The notes: generated from the letters alone by a model not told the origin. DNA of 64,000 nt from an uncultured bacterium (GCA_937879955.1 CALFMK010000002.1:1175-65174), one strand, 5' to 3'. Counted from the stretch's first letter, positions 9,901 to 18,532 are shown. Translations and numbers: made by a program.

Positions 9901-10152
9901 GGAGCGCTTCGGGTCCTCCATGTCCGTGCGCGACTTCGGCGCCACGTACGCGTCCACGCCGAAGATCGGCCTTATGCCGGCCTTCTCGGCCTTCTGATAG
10001 AACTCGATCGCGCCGTGCATATTGCCGGCATCGGTCAGTCCGAGCGCGTCCATGCCCTGCGCCTTCGCTTCCTTCACCAGCTCCGGGACCTTCGGGAGTG
10101 CCTCGAGGAAGCTGTAGTGGCTGTGCGTGTGGAGGTGGATGTAGCGACCCAT
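6997..10152 (-). CDS. dnaE: DNA polymerase III alpha subunit
   Basis: PHP-domain start MGRYIHLHTHSHYSFLEAL; 1052 aa; the ORF-track upstream extension to 10290 is a shadow of the pilin gene; start set at the ATG at 10152. Confidence 0.9.
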   Translation of the reverse strand: MGRYIHLHTHSHYSFLEALPKVPELVKEAKAQGMDALGLTDAGNMHGAIEFYQKAEKAGIRPIFGVDAYVAPKSRTDMEDPKRSRLVLIAKDNVGYKNLMRLVTRSFLEGFSEKPRMDKEILREHHEGLIAIIPSFAGDVAQALKSGDKNGAAASLAEYASIFGKDDVYLEITHHPKVEGHMQRMDQIKALAKESGIRLVAQHDVYYLKPEDREATEVMRRIAHGNKGDANQEEDFSFVTEAMMREWFEDVPEAVDASGEIADRCLVTMELGSWNFPDVTIPEGTTHAEELRRKTYDGISMRGLERSEEVVSRIEYELDVIISKGFAPYFLAVSDLLTFAKSAGIMSTTRGSAAGSLVSYLNGITNVDPLFYKLPFERFLNPERPKAPDIDMDFADDRRDEMIAYARQKYGEDKVAQIGTFGTLAARAAVRDVSRALGHAYRTGDRIAKLIPMGSQGFPMTIKHALELEPELKQLYDEDDDVREIIDLAQRIEGCVRHTGVHAAGVVIAPTPLYEWTPVQFDPKNPEKRITQFDMHAVEDAGLLKFDFLGIKNLAILSDAVDRVKETRDIWIDIENVPIDDAKTYAMLARGETEGTFQLNGSGMTRYLKELRPTTIHDINAMVALYRPGPMESIPQYIERKTNPRLITYLDERMKGYLEASYGLLVYQDDVLLTAITLGGYSWLEADTLRKAMGKKIPAEMEAQKEKLLKGFKEYGKLSDAKAAKIWQLIEPFAAYGFGKAHAACYGKVAYQTAYMKANYPVEYMAALLTADAGDTEAIAILVAEADRLKIPVLPPDVNESGADFTVSGEEKDTIRFGLTSIKNFGEGISQAIIKERNEHGSFSSLSDFLSRVGSKNLNKKSLESLIKAGALDTLAGESMSRSHLLDHIETMLTFHREATATPAQDSLFAFAAPTLQLPPARGETSISDKLSWEKELLGIYVSGHPLDAHVEKTAKAGLTIAQIKNDPKAGTVVIVPVLLDEVRTLLTKKGEKMAFLKFSDKTDAIEGVIFPKIYKEKADLLVADRCLLVKATVSVRNGETSLSVENLKLL

Positions 10153-10177
10153 GGCTCCATAGTAGTATAGGTCGCAT

Positions 10178-10675
10178 ATGACCGCACACGTCCGGCACCG
10201 CGGCTTTACGCTCATCGAGCTCCTGGTGGTCATCGCCATCATCGGCGTGCTCTCGACCATTGTTCTTGCGTCTTTGAGTACGGCGCGCACGCGTGCGAAC
10301 GACGCCGCCGTGAAGTCGAACTTGAACGCGGTCCGGACGCTCGGGCAGGAGTTCTACAGCGTGCAGGGAAGCTATTCCTCGGTTGTTGGCGGGAGTTCCT
10401 ACACCGGCGATTGTCTCACGAACCAATCGTTCTTTAGGATAACGGACCTTCCGGTCGGGAACGAGCTGCGCACCATCGCCGATAAGGTCGCGACCAGTAT
10501 CGAGGCGGCGTATCAGGCCGGCGGCGCGGTGGGCAAGCAGTGCCGTCTGAGCGCGGACCGCTCGCAGTACCTCATCATCATGAGCCTGCCGTCCGGCGGT
10601 TACTGGTGCATCGACAGTAGCGGCAATGCGAAGGCGACCACGACATTATCATCAGGTTCTTCCTTTACCTGCTGA
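10178..10675 (+). CDS. type IV pilin-like protein (prepilin leader MTAHVRHRG|FTLIELLVVIAIIGVLS)
   Basis: Class III signal peptide with the G|F cleavage motif and Glu at +5; 165 aa. Confidence 0.8.
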   Translation: MTAHVRHRGFTLIELLVVIAIIGVLSTIVLASLSTARTRANDAAVKSNLNAVRTLGQEFYSVQGSYSSVVGGSSYTGDCLTNQSFFRITDLPVGNELRTIADKVATSIEAAYQAGGAVGKQCRLSADRSQYLIIMSLPSGGYWCIDSSGNAKATTTLSSGSSFTC

Positions 10676-10676
10676 C

Positions 10677-11198
10677 ATGAATCGTGCCCCGAAAGCCTTC
10701 ACCCTCATCGAGCTTCTCGTTGTGATTGCAATCATCGGCATCCTCTCGGGTGTCGTGCTCGCGTCCTTGAACACGGCGCGCGAGAAGGCGCGGGACACCG
10801 AGCGCATCGCGGACATGAACGCGCTCATCCGGGCGCTCGAGCTCGCGAAGGGGGACGGCGACCTGCCGACCACCGGCTCGAGTGCCTATACGATAACGGG
10901 CACGAGCACGGTTGCTGCGCTCCGCACCCGCATCAGCGCGTACCTCACGTTCATCCCGTACGAGCGGTCGCTCACGGCGATCGACTCCGACTATAACTAC
11001 CGCTACTGCAACCGCTCGACGACGAGCAGTACGAGCGGCTGCACCACGGACGACGATCCGAACACGTACGCCATCCGGTTCGCCACGGAACGGAGGCCCT
11101 ACGGGAACACGATCTACTACTGCGCGACGAGCCGCGGCATAGAGGCCATGCCGGTTACGGAGAACGGCAACTCCCAGTACAACTGCGTGCAGCGGTAG
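10677..11198 (+). CDS. type IV pilin-like protein
   Basis: MNRAPKAFTLIELLVVIAIIGILS; ATG 1 nt after the upstream stop (tgacATGaat), i.e. translationally coupled. Confidence 0.75.
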   Translation: MNRAPKAFTLIELLVVIAIIGILSGVVLASLNTAREKARDTERIADMNALIRALELAKGDGDLPTTGSSAYTITGTSTVAALRTRISAYLTFIPYERSLTAIDSDYNYRYCNRSTTSSTSGCTTDDDPNTYAIRFATERRPYGNTIYYCATSRGIEAMPVTENGNSQYNCVQR

Positions 11199-11233
11199 GA
11201 AAGAGAGGGAAGGCTACGTGATAGACTTTCAGC

Positions 11234-11731
11234 ATGGAAGCGAACGTTACGAACGCATCTCGTGGCTTCACGCTCATCGAGCTCCTCGTAGTGATCGCCA
11301 TCATCGGCGTGCTCTCGGCGGTCGTGCTCGCATCACTCAACACGGCACGTACTCGCGCGAACGACGCGGCGGTGAAGTCGAACCTGAACGCGGTCCGCAC
11401 GCTCGGCCAGGAGTTCTTTTCCGTGCAGGGGAGCTATTCGTCGGACACGGGCGGGAGCCTCTATACTGGCGACTGCCTCACGAACCAGGCGTTCTTCCGC
11501 ATCACCAGCATGCCGGGCACCGAGCTCCGCGCGATCGCGGACAAGGTAACCGTCGCGCTCGAGGCGGCGTATCAGGCTGGAGGCGCGACGAACAAGCAAT
11601 GCCGGATGAGCGCGGACCGTTCCCAGTACCTCGTGCTGATGAGTCTTCCGTCCGGCGGCTTCTGGTGCATCGACAGCAGCGGCAGCGCGAAGGCGACGAG
11701 CACGATATCCGGGACCGCGATGACCTGCTGA
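11234..11731 (+). CDS. type IV pilin-like protein, near-identical paralog of 10178..10675
   Basis: MEANVTNASRGFTLIELLVVIAIIGVLS...; same length (165 aa) and largely identical body (NDAAVKSNLNAVRTLGQEF...SLPSGG.WCIDSSG.AKAT). Confidence 0.8.
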   Translation: MEANVTNASRGFTLIELLVVIAIIGVLSAVVLASLNTARTRANDAAVKSNLNAVRTLGQEFFSVQGSYSSDTGGSLYTGDCLTNQAFFRITSMPGTELRAIADKVTVALEAAYQAGGATNKQCRMSADRSQYLVLMSLPSGGFWCIDSSGSAKATSTISGTAMTC

Positions 11732-11732
11732 T

Positions 11733-12191
11733 ATGTATAGAAATTCTCGAGCCTTCACTCTCATAGAGCTCCTCGTGGTGATCGCCATCATCGGCATGCT
11801 ATCGGCGGTGGTGCTCGCGTCGCTTAATAGCGCACGCGCATCCGCGCGCGATGCGAAACGGAAGGCTGATCTCCAGCAGGTCGCGAAGGCCCTCGATCTG
11901 TACTATCTCGCGACGGGCGCCTACCCCGGAGAATACGCGTGCGACAGCAGTCTCGGCGTAAACCTGACCGCATGTCCTGCGACCGGTACGGACTGGGATC
12001 CGACGTCGTATATCCATGTCGCGCTCGTACCTACCTACATCGCGGACCTTCCGGTCGATCCGTTGAATAACACCTCGTACTACTACGTGTATGAGCCGCA
12101 GGTCTCTGGTAGCGACTACTGCCTCGCGGCAGGGCTCGAGAAGGGAGGGAGGTACCGTGTGAAGAACGGGGACACTGCCATAAACTGCTAG
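11733..12191 (+). CDS. type IV pilin-like protein
   Basis: MYRNSRAFTLIELLVVIAIIGMLS; ATG 1 nt after the previous stop. Confidence 0.75.
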   Translation: MYRNSRAFTLIELLVVIAIIGMLSAVVLASLNSARASARDAKRKADLQQVAKALDLYYLATGAYPGEYACDSSLGVNLTACPATGTDWDPTSYIHVALVPTYIADLPVDPLNNTSYYYVYEPQVSGSDYCLAAGLEKGGRYRVKNGDTAINC

Positions 12192-12193
12192 GC

Positions 12194-12784
12194 ATGCGGT
12201 ACGTCATCGGCGTGGACGAGGCAGGCCGCGGACCCCTGGCGGGACCTGTCGCGGTGGGTGTGGTCGCGGTCGAGGAAGGGTACGATATCCTCGCGCATTT
12301 CCCGGGCCTCAACGACTCGAAGAAGCTCTCCGAGAAGAAGCGCGATGCGTTGTTCAAGCTGCTTCAGGAAGAGGTGAGAGCGGGGAACGTCCGCGCTACC
12401 GTGACGCTCTCATCAGTCGCCATGATCGACGGGAAGGGCATCGCGAGCGCGGTCCGTCACGGCGTGGACACGGGCGTGCGGAAGCTGCTGCCGGACCCCA
12501 CAGAAGGGAAGGTGTGGCTCGACGGCTCATTGAAGGCGCCGGACGAGTACGAGCAGGAGACCGTGATCGGCGGCGACGGCCTTATTCCTGCCATCATGCT
12601 CGCATCCATCGCGGCGAAGGTGACGCGGGACCTGCGTATGCTGAAGATAGCCGAGAAATATCCGCTCTATGACTTCGCGAAGCATAAGGGGTACGGTACG
12701 AGGTCCCACATCGAGGCCATAAAGACGCACGGTCCCTCGAAGGAGCACCGCCTGAGCTTCCTGCGGAACATCCTCGGGACATGA
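12194..12784 (+). CDS. rnhB: ribonuclease HII
   Basis: N-terminal GVDEAGRGPLAGPV active-site motif; 196 aa. Confidence 0.85.
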   Translation: MRYVIGVDEAGRGPLAGPVAVGVVAVEEGYDILAHFPGLNDSKKLSEKKRDALFKLLQEEVRAGNVRATVTLSSVAMIDGKGIASAVRHGVDTGVRKLLPDPTEGKVWLDGSLKAPDEYEQETVIGGDGLIPAIMLASIAAKVTRDLRMLKIAEKYPLYDFAKHKGYGTRSHIEAIKTHGPSKEHRLSFLRNILGT

Positions 12785-13209
12785 GGAAAGGCCCGGCGAA
12801 ATGCTCGCCGGGCCCCGAAGCCCCGGAGGACTCCTTATTGTTCTAGAAAGGCATGTCTCGATGCGGGCCGGCATCCCGTCGCCTCGGATCAAGACACGAG
12901 CACCGATATTCCCCGTGCTCAGGGGTGGTTCCAGGCCGCTTCCCTAGATATCCGGAAGGGTGAGGTACACCCAGGCGGGAGGGTCGGTCTGGTGGCTCTG
13001 TGGCTTTACCATTTTCCTTCTCCAATAAGGAGAGCAAATGAGAGGTGGACAGAACCGAGGGAGGGAGCATCACGCCTCCGTTCCCTAGGGTACGCGTTCC
13101 GGTCATGCTGATGGGCCGGGACCTATTCTCTATACACCCGGGGCGGAAGGAAGCCAAGGAATAGCGCGCCCTTTCCCAAATAAAGCCTGTATGGTAGGGT
13201 ATTCCCACT

Positions 13210-13575
13210 ATGACCGTACGAATGCGCCACACCAGTTCGCACACGAAGAACCGCCGGAGCCACCATGCGCTCGTGGAGGGAGCTATCGTGAAGGACAAGG
13301 AGTCCGGAAACCTCCGCCTCCCACACAAGATCGACGAGGTCACGGGCATGTACCGTGGCAAGCAGATCGCTGCCCCTAAGGCAGTCGCCAAGAAGGGGAA
13401 GAAGGAGGGGCGCGGCGAGCGCTCCCAGGTAGAGGTCGTCGACACCACCCCGGTCGCCGTGAAGAACGACGCGAAGGCGAAGGAGGCGAAGAAGGAGGTG
13501 AAGAAGGGCTCCACGCTCGACAAGAGCACCAAGGGTCGCTCCACCACCCGCTCCGGATTCGGCGGCGGCGCGTAA
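13210..13575 (+). CDS. rpmF: 50S ribosomal protein L32 with a Lys-rich C-terminal extension
   Basis: [16 protein letters not shown] matches the bL32 signature (R.S.S...RR.H.AL); the C-terminal extension is Lys/Ala-rich. Confidence 0.7.
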   Translation: MTVRMRHTSSHTKNRRSHHALVEGAIVKDKESGNLRLPHKIDEVTGMYRGKQIAAPKAVAKKGKKEGRGERSQVEVVDTTPVAVKNDAKAKEAKKEVKKGSTLDKSTKGRSTTRSGFGGGA

Positions 13576-13702
13576 GCGAAGCATTCTCCTCGAAAGAGCC
13601 GGGCCCCCTCCCGGCTCTTTCTCTTTGGCACTTATACACACCAAGGGCCTATGGCGGCTCGCGGCAGGTACCTGCTATGCTGGCTTCACGCTCTTTCCAT
13701 AT

Positions 13703-14593
13703 ATGGCCAACCGACATCTCGCCCGTTCCGTCGTCCTGCAGACCCTCTTCGAGTGGGATACCTCCCGCCTTACCGAAGCCGCGGCTGCCGAAGCGCTCCA
13801 GCGCAACGTCGAGGAGTTCGGCGGTGACGACACCGACCGGCCATTCATGGAAGCCCTCCAGCAGGGCGTGCTCGCGAAGCGCGCCGACCTCGACCTCGTG
13901 ATAACGAAGGCCGCTCCGGACTGGCCGCTCGAGCGCATCGCGCCGGTGGACCGCAACATCCTGCGCATCGGGCTCTATGAGCTCCTCTTCGCGGACCGCA
14001 CCCAGGTCCCGGCGAAGGTGGCCATCAACGAGGCGATCGAGCTCGCCAAGGTGTTCGGCGGCGATTCCTCAGGCCGCTTCGTGAACGGCGTGCTCGGCGC
14101 CGTGTACAAGGAGCTCGGCGAGCCAGGGAAGGACGAGCAGGGGAAGAAGGAGCGCGTGCGTCGCGAGGACCTTCCGGTGGAAGAGCTCGGCGGCGCGATC
14201 GTCTACGCCTTCCACGAGGGCCAGTACTATCTCGCGCTCGTGCATGACGTGTTCGGGCACTGGACCCTCTCGAAGGGGAAGATCCCTGCAGGGATGGGCG
14301 TCGAGGAAGGTACCGTCGAGGGTATCCGCGACGAGCTCGGCCTGCCGGTCACGATAAAAGACAAGATCGGCGAGAACGAGTACGTCGCCTCGCATCCGGA
14401 GAAGGGGAAGATGCGCAAGCACGTCACCTACTTCCTCGCGGAGTCCCCGTACATGGACGTGACGCTCGAGAAGAAGGGCGGGCTCGACGACGCGCGCTGG
14501 TTCCGCCTCACGGACATCCTCGACCTCAATTTCTACGACGACATGCTCCCGATCGTGACGGAGGCCGTCCAGAAGCTCCTCGACAAGCGATAG
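13703..14593 (+). CDS. nusB: transcription antitermination factor NusB fused to a C-terminal Nudix-like domain
   Basis: N-terminal ~140 aa NusB-like (RSVVLQTLFEWD...); C-terminal ~150 aa with a degenerate Nudix-box-like GKIPAGMGVEEGTVEGIRDELGL; start chosen at MANRHLAR (13703), the ORF-track start is 13625. Confidence 0.65.
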   Translation: MANRHLARSVVLQTLFEWDTSRLTEAAAAEALQRNVEEFGGDDTDRPFMEALQQGVLAKRADLDLVITKAAPDWPLERIAPVDRNILRIGLYELLFADRTQVPAKVAINEAIELAKVFGGDSSGRFVNGVLGAVYKELGEPGKDEQGKKERVRREDLPVEELGGAIVYAFHEGQYYLALVHDVFGHWTLSKGKIPAGMGVEEGTVEGIRDELGLPVTIKDKIGENEYVASHPEKGKMRKHVTYFLAESPYMDVTLEKKGGLDDARWFRLTDILDLNFYDDMLPIVTEAVQKLLDKR

Positions 14594-14624
14594 CCGCGAG
14601 GGATTCCGTTTATATACGAATCGT

Positions 14625-14630
14625 GGTATA
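14625..14630 (+). promoter_or_regulatory. extended -10 element TGGTATAAT 8 nt upstream of the rnc ATG (possible leaderless transcript)
   Basis: Perfect TATAAT with an upstream TG read directly; no SD between it and the ATG at 14639. Confidence 0.35.
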
Positions 14631-14638
14631 ATCCTGCC

Positions 14639-15328
14639 ATGCTAGATTTCGCCGCGCATGCGCAGAAACTCGGCCTCGCCTACAAGGACCTCGACCTGCT
14701 CGTCGAGGCCCTTACGCATCGCTCGTACCTGAACGAGAACCGCACCACGGCGGGCAATCATAACGAGCGTCTCGAGTTCCTCGGCGACGCCGTGCTCGAG
14801 CTCATCGTCACACACTTCCTCTTCGCGCGCTTCCCAGGGAAGCCCGAGGGCGACCTCACGGCGTACCGCGCCGCGCTCGTGAACACGTACTCGCTCGCGG
14901 AGACCGCGGAGGCGCTCGGCGTGAACGACATGCTCCTCCTCTCGAAGGGCGAGAAGAAGGACACGGGCCGCGCGCGCCAGATCATCCTCGCCAACGCGTT
15001 CGAGGCGATCCTCGGCAGCATCTATCTCGACCAGGGCTACGAGGCCACGGCTGCGTTCGTGAACCGCACCCTCACGCCGAAGATCGACAGCGTGCTCAAG
15101 AACCGCACCTGGCAGGACGCGAAGAGCCAGTTCCAGGAGGTGGCGCAGGAGAAGCAGGGCGTGACGCCGACCTACAAGACCGTGAGCGAGTCGGGTCCTG
15201 ACCATGACAAGCAGTTCACGGTCGGCGTGTTCCTCGGGGACAAGGAGGTGGCGCGCGGGGACGGGAAGAGCAAGCAGGAGGCGGAACAGGCGGCGGCGCA
15301 CGCGGCGCTCGAGATACTCGGCGCGTAG
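14639..15328 (+). CDS. rnc: ribonuclease III
   Basis: RNase III signature ERLEFLGDAVLELIV plus a C-terminal dsRBD; 229 aa. Confidence 0.9.
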   Translation: MLDFAAHAQKLGLAYKDLDLLVEALTHRSYLNENRTTAGNHNERLEFLGDAVLELIVTHFLFARFPGKPEGDLTAYRAALVNTYSLAETAEALGVNDMLLLSKGEKKDTGRARQIILANAFEAILGSIYLDQGYEATAAFVNRTLTPKIDSVLKNRTWQDAKSQFQEVAQEKQGVTPTYKTVSESGPDHDKQFTVGVFLGDKEVARGDGKSKQEAEQAAAHAALEILGA

Positions 15329-15413
15329 CGTTGACTTTTCCGTACTAAGACGTATCGTGCGGGCACGTCGCGGTTTCGCGCGGCCCGTTCCTCACTCATA
15401 AGGAGATACTGCG

Positions 15414-16022
15414 ATGGACCGATCCTGGTTCCGTCGGGCGGCCGTGCCGTCCGTCATCGCCCTCGGGTTCATGGCGTTCCTGACCCTCGGCTTCTACAAG
15501 CCCGGCACCTTCGCCGGGAACGCGTACGACATCGTCCGCTACTACATCGTGACGGCCCGTCTGGCCGGCATCGCTTCGCTCGCTGCGGCGGTCTATCTGC
15601 TGCTCTCTAGGCGAGACCGGCTGCAGGCGATGTCGATGGTGTGCGGCGGCGGCATGATCATGGCCGCCCTGTTCACGCTCTCCGCGCTCCGCGTGCAGGA
15701 TCTGCGCGAGCTCTGGTGGCCGGCCTGGTCCATCATGATCGCCAGCGTCCTCGCTGCGGTCTATGCGGTGCCGGGGACGCTGCCGGTGCGCTTCGCGTCC
15801 ATCGGATGGAGCGTGCCGTTCTTCTCGATCCCGTCCGCTATCCTGGCGCTCGCGCATGTCGCGGCCGCGGGGGACTGGGAAGTCTGGCAGGTGCTCGGCA
15901 TCCTTCTCGCCGGCGCCGGCCTGACATTCCTCGTCGCGCACATAATCGACGAGCTCCGCCTACGCGCCGAGGACGATGCGTCAGACGACGGATCGCCGGG
16001 CATCCTGCACGAGAAGTCCTGA
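15414..16022 (+). CDS. hypothetical multi-pass membrane protein
   Basis: RBS aaggagatact; about 6 hydrophobic segments; 202 aa. Confidence 0.5.
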   Translation: MDRSWFRRAAVPSVIALGFMAFLTLGFYKPGTFAGNAYDIVRYYIVTARLAGIASLAAAVYLLLSRRDRLQAMSMVCGGGMIMAALFTLSALRVQDLRELWWPAWSIMIASVLAAVYAVPGTLPVRFASIGWSVPFFSIPSAILALAHVAAAGDWEVWQVLGILLAGAGLTFLVAHIIDELRLRAEDDASDDGSPGILHEKS

Positions 16023-16085
16023 CTCACATCAGGCAAGGCCGCTCCTCCGGGAGCGGCCTTTTCCATGCGCTATACTGGAGGGCAA

Positions 16086-18296
16086 ATGCTCAAGAGGCTC
16101 GAGATCGCCGGATTCAAATCCTTCGCGCGCAAGACCGTGCTCGATTTCTCGTCCTCGGTGACGAGCGTGGTGGGTCCGAACGGCTCGGGCAAGTCGAACG
16201 TGGCAGAGGCGTTCCGCTTCGCACTCGGCGAGCAGTCCATGAAGTCCATGCGCGGCAAGCGCAGCGAGGACCTCATCTGGTCCGGCTCGAACATGGCGCC
16301 GAGAGCGAACCGCGCGGCCGTAACCATCGTCTTCGACAACGCGAAACGCATCTTCCCGAAGCTCGAGTTCGATGAGGTCGCCATCGAGCGCGCGGTCTTC
16401 CGCGACGGCGCGAGCGAGTACGCCATAAACGGATCGAAGGTGCGGCTCCGCGACGTGCAGGAGCTCCTCGCCAGCGCGAACGTGGGCGAGACCGGGCACC
16501 ACATCATCTCGCAGGGCGAGGCGGACCGCATCCTCACGGCTCCTCCGAAGGAGCGTCGCAGCATGCTCGAGGACGCGCTCGGCCTCAAGGTGTTCGAGTT
16601 CAAGAAGCAGGAAGCGGAGCGAAAGCTCGAGAAGACCGAGGAGAACGTCGCGCAGGTGGAGGCGCTGCGCCGAGAGATCGCGCCGCACATCCGCTTCCTC
16701 GCGAAGCAGGTGGAGCGCCTCGATCGCGCCGAGGAGCTCAAGAAGGAGCTGCGCGCGGCGTCGAAGGCATACTTCGCGATAGAGGAGGCGTACGTGCGCA
16801 TGGAGCGCGCGACCGCGGAATCGGCGCTCGCCGAGGTCTCCGAGCGCCTCGCGCGCCTCGAGGCTGAGCTCTCCGCGTTCGAGGAGCGTGCGACTACCGA
16901 CGTCGAGGGCATGAAGCGCTCCGAGGCGGTCCGCAAGGCCGAGCGCGAGCTCGACCGCCTCACGGGCGAGCGCTCGGAGCTCGCGCGGGAGATAGGGCGC
17001 GTCGAGGGCGCGCTCAACGCCGTGAAGGCGCGCAGCATGGCCGTGGCGAAGGAGCCGTACGTGAAGGTGCCGCGCGAGGACCTGAAGACGCTGCGTGAAG
17101 AAGTCGGAAGGCAGGTCGACGCTGTGGAGAGCGCGGAGCCGGGTGCCATGCTCGCGGCACTCAAGACGCTCCGCACGCTCGTGTCCGCCTTCTTCGAGCG
17201 GTACGGCACCGGCAGCGACGATCTCATGCTCGAGGAGGAGCAGGCCGCGCACGATCTCGAAGGCAAGCGCGCAGAGCTCGCCCAGAAGGACGGCGTGCTC
17301 TTCGAGTCCGTGGAGGCCGCGAGGAACGTGCTCCTCAAGGCTCGCGAAGCAACCATGGCGCACGAGGAGACCGGCCGCGAGCAGAACCGCCGGCTCCTCG
17401 AGCTCGCGGACCAGAAGGCGAAGGCCGAAGGCGAGCGCGCGCGGCTCCAGGCGCGCATGGGCGAGCTCGACTATCTCTCCGAGGAACTCTCGCAGGGGAA
17501 GCAGGAAGCGGTCGCGCTCGTGGGCGCGGACGCCATTTCATACGAAGCATTGTCTGACCTTCCGCAGGAGGACCGTCGGGCGCAGGAGGAGCGCAAGCGC
17601 CAGATGGAGCGCCTCAAGATCCGCGTGGAGGAGGCGGGAGGCTCGGGCGAGGACGTGCGCACCGAGTACCAGGACCTCACGGCGCGCGAGGCGTTCCTCG
17701 CCAAGGAGCTCGAGGACCTCGCGACGTCCGGCGCCGCGCTCCGCGAGCTCATCAAGGACCTCGATAGCGAGCTGCAGAAGTCGTTTACGGAAGGCCTCGC
17801 GAAGGTGAACGAATCGTTCAGCGCGTTCTTCAGCGTGATGTTCGGCGGCGGCGGCGCGCGCCTCATCCTCGAGGAGTTCTCGAAGGACGACGAGGAGGAC
17901 GAGGACGCGCTCGAGGAGGCGAAGCCCCAGAAGAGCCAGAAGCCAGGTATCGAGATCTCGGTGTCGCTCCCGAAGAAGCGCGTGCAGGCCCTCATGCAGC
18001 TCTCGGGCGGCGAGCGCGCCCTCACGTCGATCGCGCTCATCTTCGCCATGAGCCAGGTGAACCCGCCGCCGTTCCTCATCCTCGACGAGACCGACGCCGC
18101 GCTCGACGAGGCGAACAGCCGCCGGTACGGCGACATGATCGAGGAGCTCTCGAAGAAGTCGCAGCTCATCGTCATAACGCACAACCGTGAGACCATGAGC
18201 CGGGCCGGCATCCTCTACGGCGTCACCATGGGCAACGACGGCATCTCGAAACTTTTGTCCGTGAAGTTCGAGGAAGCGGCGAAGGTGGCGAAATAG
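16086..18296 (+). CDS. smc: SMC-family chromosome segregation ATPase, unusually short (about 737 aa) with no recognisable hinge
   Basis: N-terminus LKRLEIAGFKSFARKTVLDFSSSVTSVVGPNGSGKSNVAEAFRFALGEQS (Walker A); C-terminal signature LSGGERALTSIALIFAM and Walker B FLILDETDAALDE; coiled-coil-like Glu/Arg/Ala-rich middle. Confidence 0.75.
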   Translation: MLKRLEIAGFKSFARKTVLDFSSSVTSVVGPNGSGKSNVAEAFRFALGEQSMKSMRGKRSEDLIWSGSNMAPRANRAAVTIVFDNAKRIFPKLEFDEVAIERAVFRDGASEYAINGSKVRLRDVQELLASANVGETGHHIISQGEADRILTAPPKERRSMLEDALGLKVFEFKKQEAERKLEKTEENVAQVEALRREIAPHIRFLAKQVERLDRAEELKKELRAASKAYFAIEEAYVRMERATAESALAEVSERLARLEAELSAFEERATTDVEGMKRSEAVRKAERELDRLTGERSELAREIGRVEGALNAVKARSMAVAKEPYVKVPREDLKTLREEVGRQVDAVESAEPGAMLAALKTLRTLVSAFFERYGTGSDDLMLEEEQAAHDLEGKRAELAQKDGVLFESVEAARNVLLKAREATMAHEETGREQNRRLLELADQKAKAEGERARLQARMGELDYLSEELSQGKQEAVALVGADAISYEALSDLPQEDRRAQEERKRQMERLKIRVEEAGGSGEDVRTEYQDLTAREAFLAKELEDLATSGAALRELIKDLDSELQKSFTEGLAKVNESFSAFFSVMFGGGGARLILEEFSKDDEEDEDALEEAKPQKSQKPGIEISVSLPKKRVQALMQLSGGERALTSIALIFAMSQVNPPPFLILDETDAALDEANSRRYGDMIEELSKKSQLIVITHNRETMSRAGILYGVTMGNDGISKLLSVKFEEAAKVAK

Positions 18297-18358
18297 CGCT
18301 TCATTGCTTCTGGACGCGCTTTGCCGTATAAGAAGGCGCAGACAGCTGGAGAGCACCC

Positions 18359-18532
18359 ATGTACAGTAAGAAGCGAGGCAAGGACTCCATGATGGTCCCG
18401 GGCTCCGATCGCTACGATCTCATGAGCGAACGGGGCGACAGCCTCACGGATTTCCGTGACCGGCAGATCCTCAATCCCCCGAAGCCCTCTCCGTTCGCGC
18501 AGAGGAATGCTGCCGATAAGGAGCAGGAATAG
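18359..18532 (+). CDS. small hypothetical protein (57 aa)
   Basis: ORF followed by the hairpin cccgcgaccactggtcgcggg; weak support. Confidence 0.25.
   Translation: MYSKKRGKDSMMVPGSDRYDLMSERGDSLTDFRDRQILNPPKPSPFAQRNAADKEQE

Noticed and set aside
7633-10170. 845 aa plus-strand ORF across dnaE
   Set aside because: Antisense shadow of dnaE with Leu/Arg/Glu/Val low-complexity composition; dnaE motifs (PHP, polymerase core) are unambiguous on the minus strand.
10626-10676. Upstream extension of the second pilin ORF (ORF-track start 10626), and the dnaE extension to 10290
   Set aside because: The extensions overlap neighbouring genes and encode shadow sequence; prepilin leaders are short (MNRAPKA|FTLIE), so internal ATGs were used.
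12785-13209. RNase P RNA or SRP RNA in the rnhB-rpmF gap
   Set aside because: Only partial matches to single conserved blocks; the universally conserved P4 strands (GGAAAGUCCGGGCUCC / ACAGAANCCGGCUUA) and the full SRP domain IV motif are not present, so it is not called as a feature (kept as a low-interest finding).
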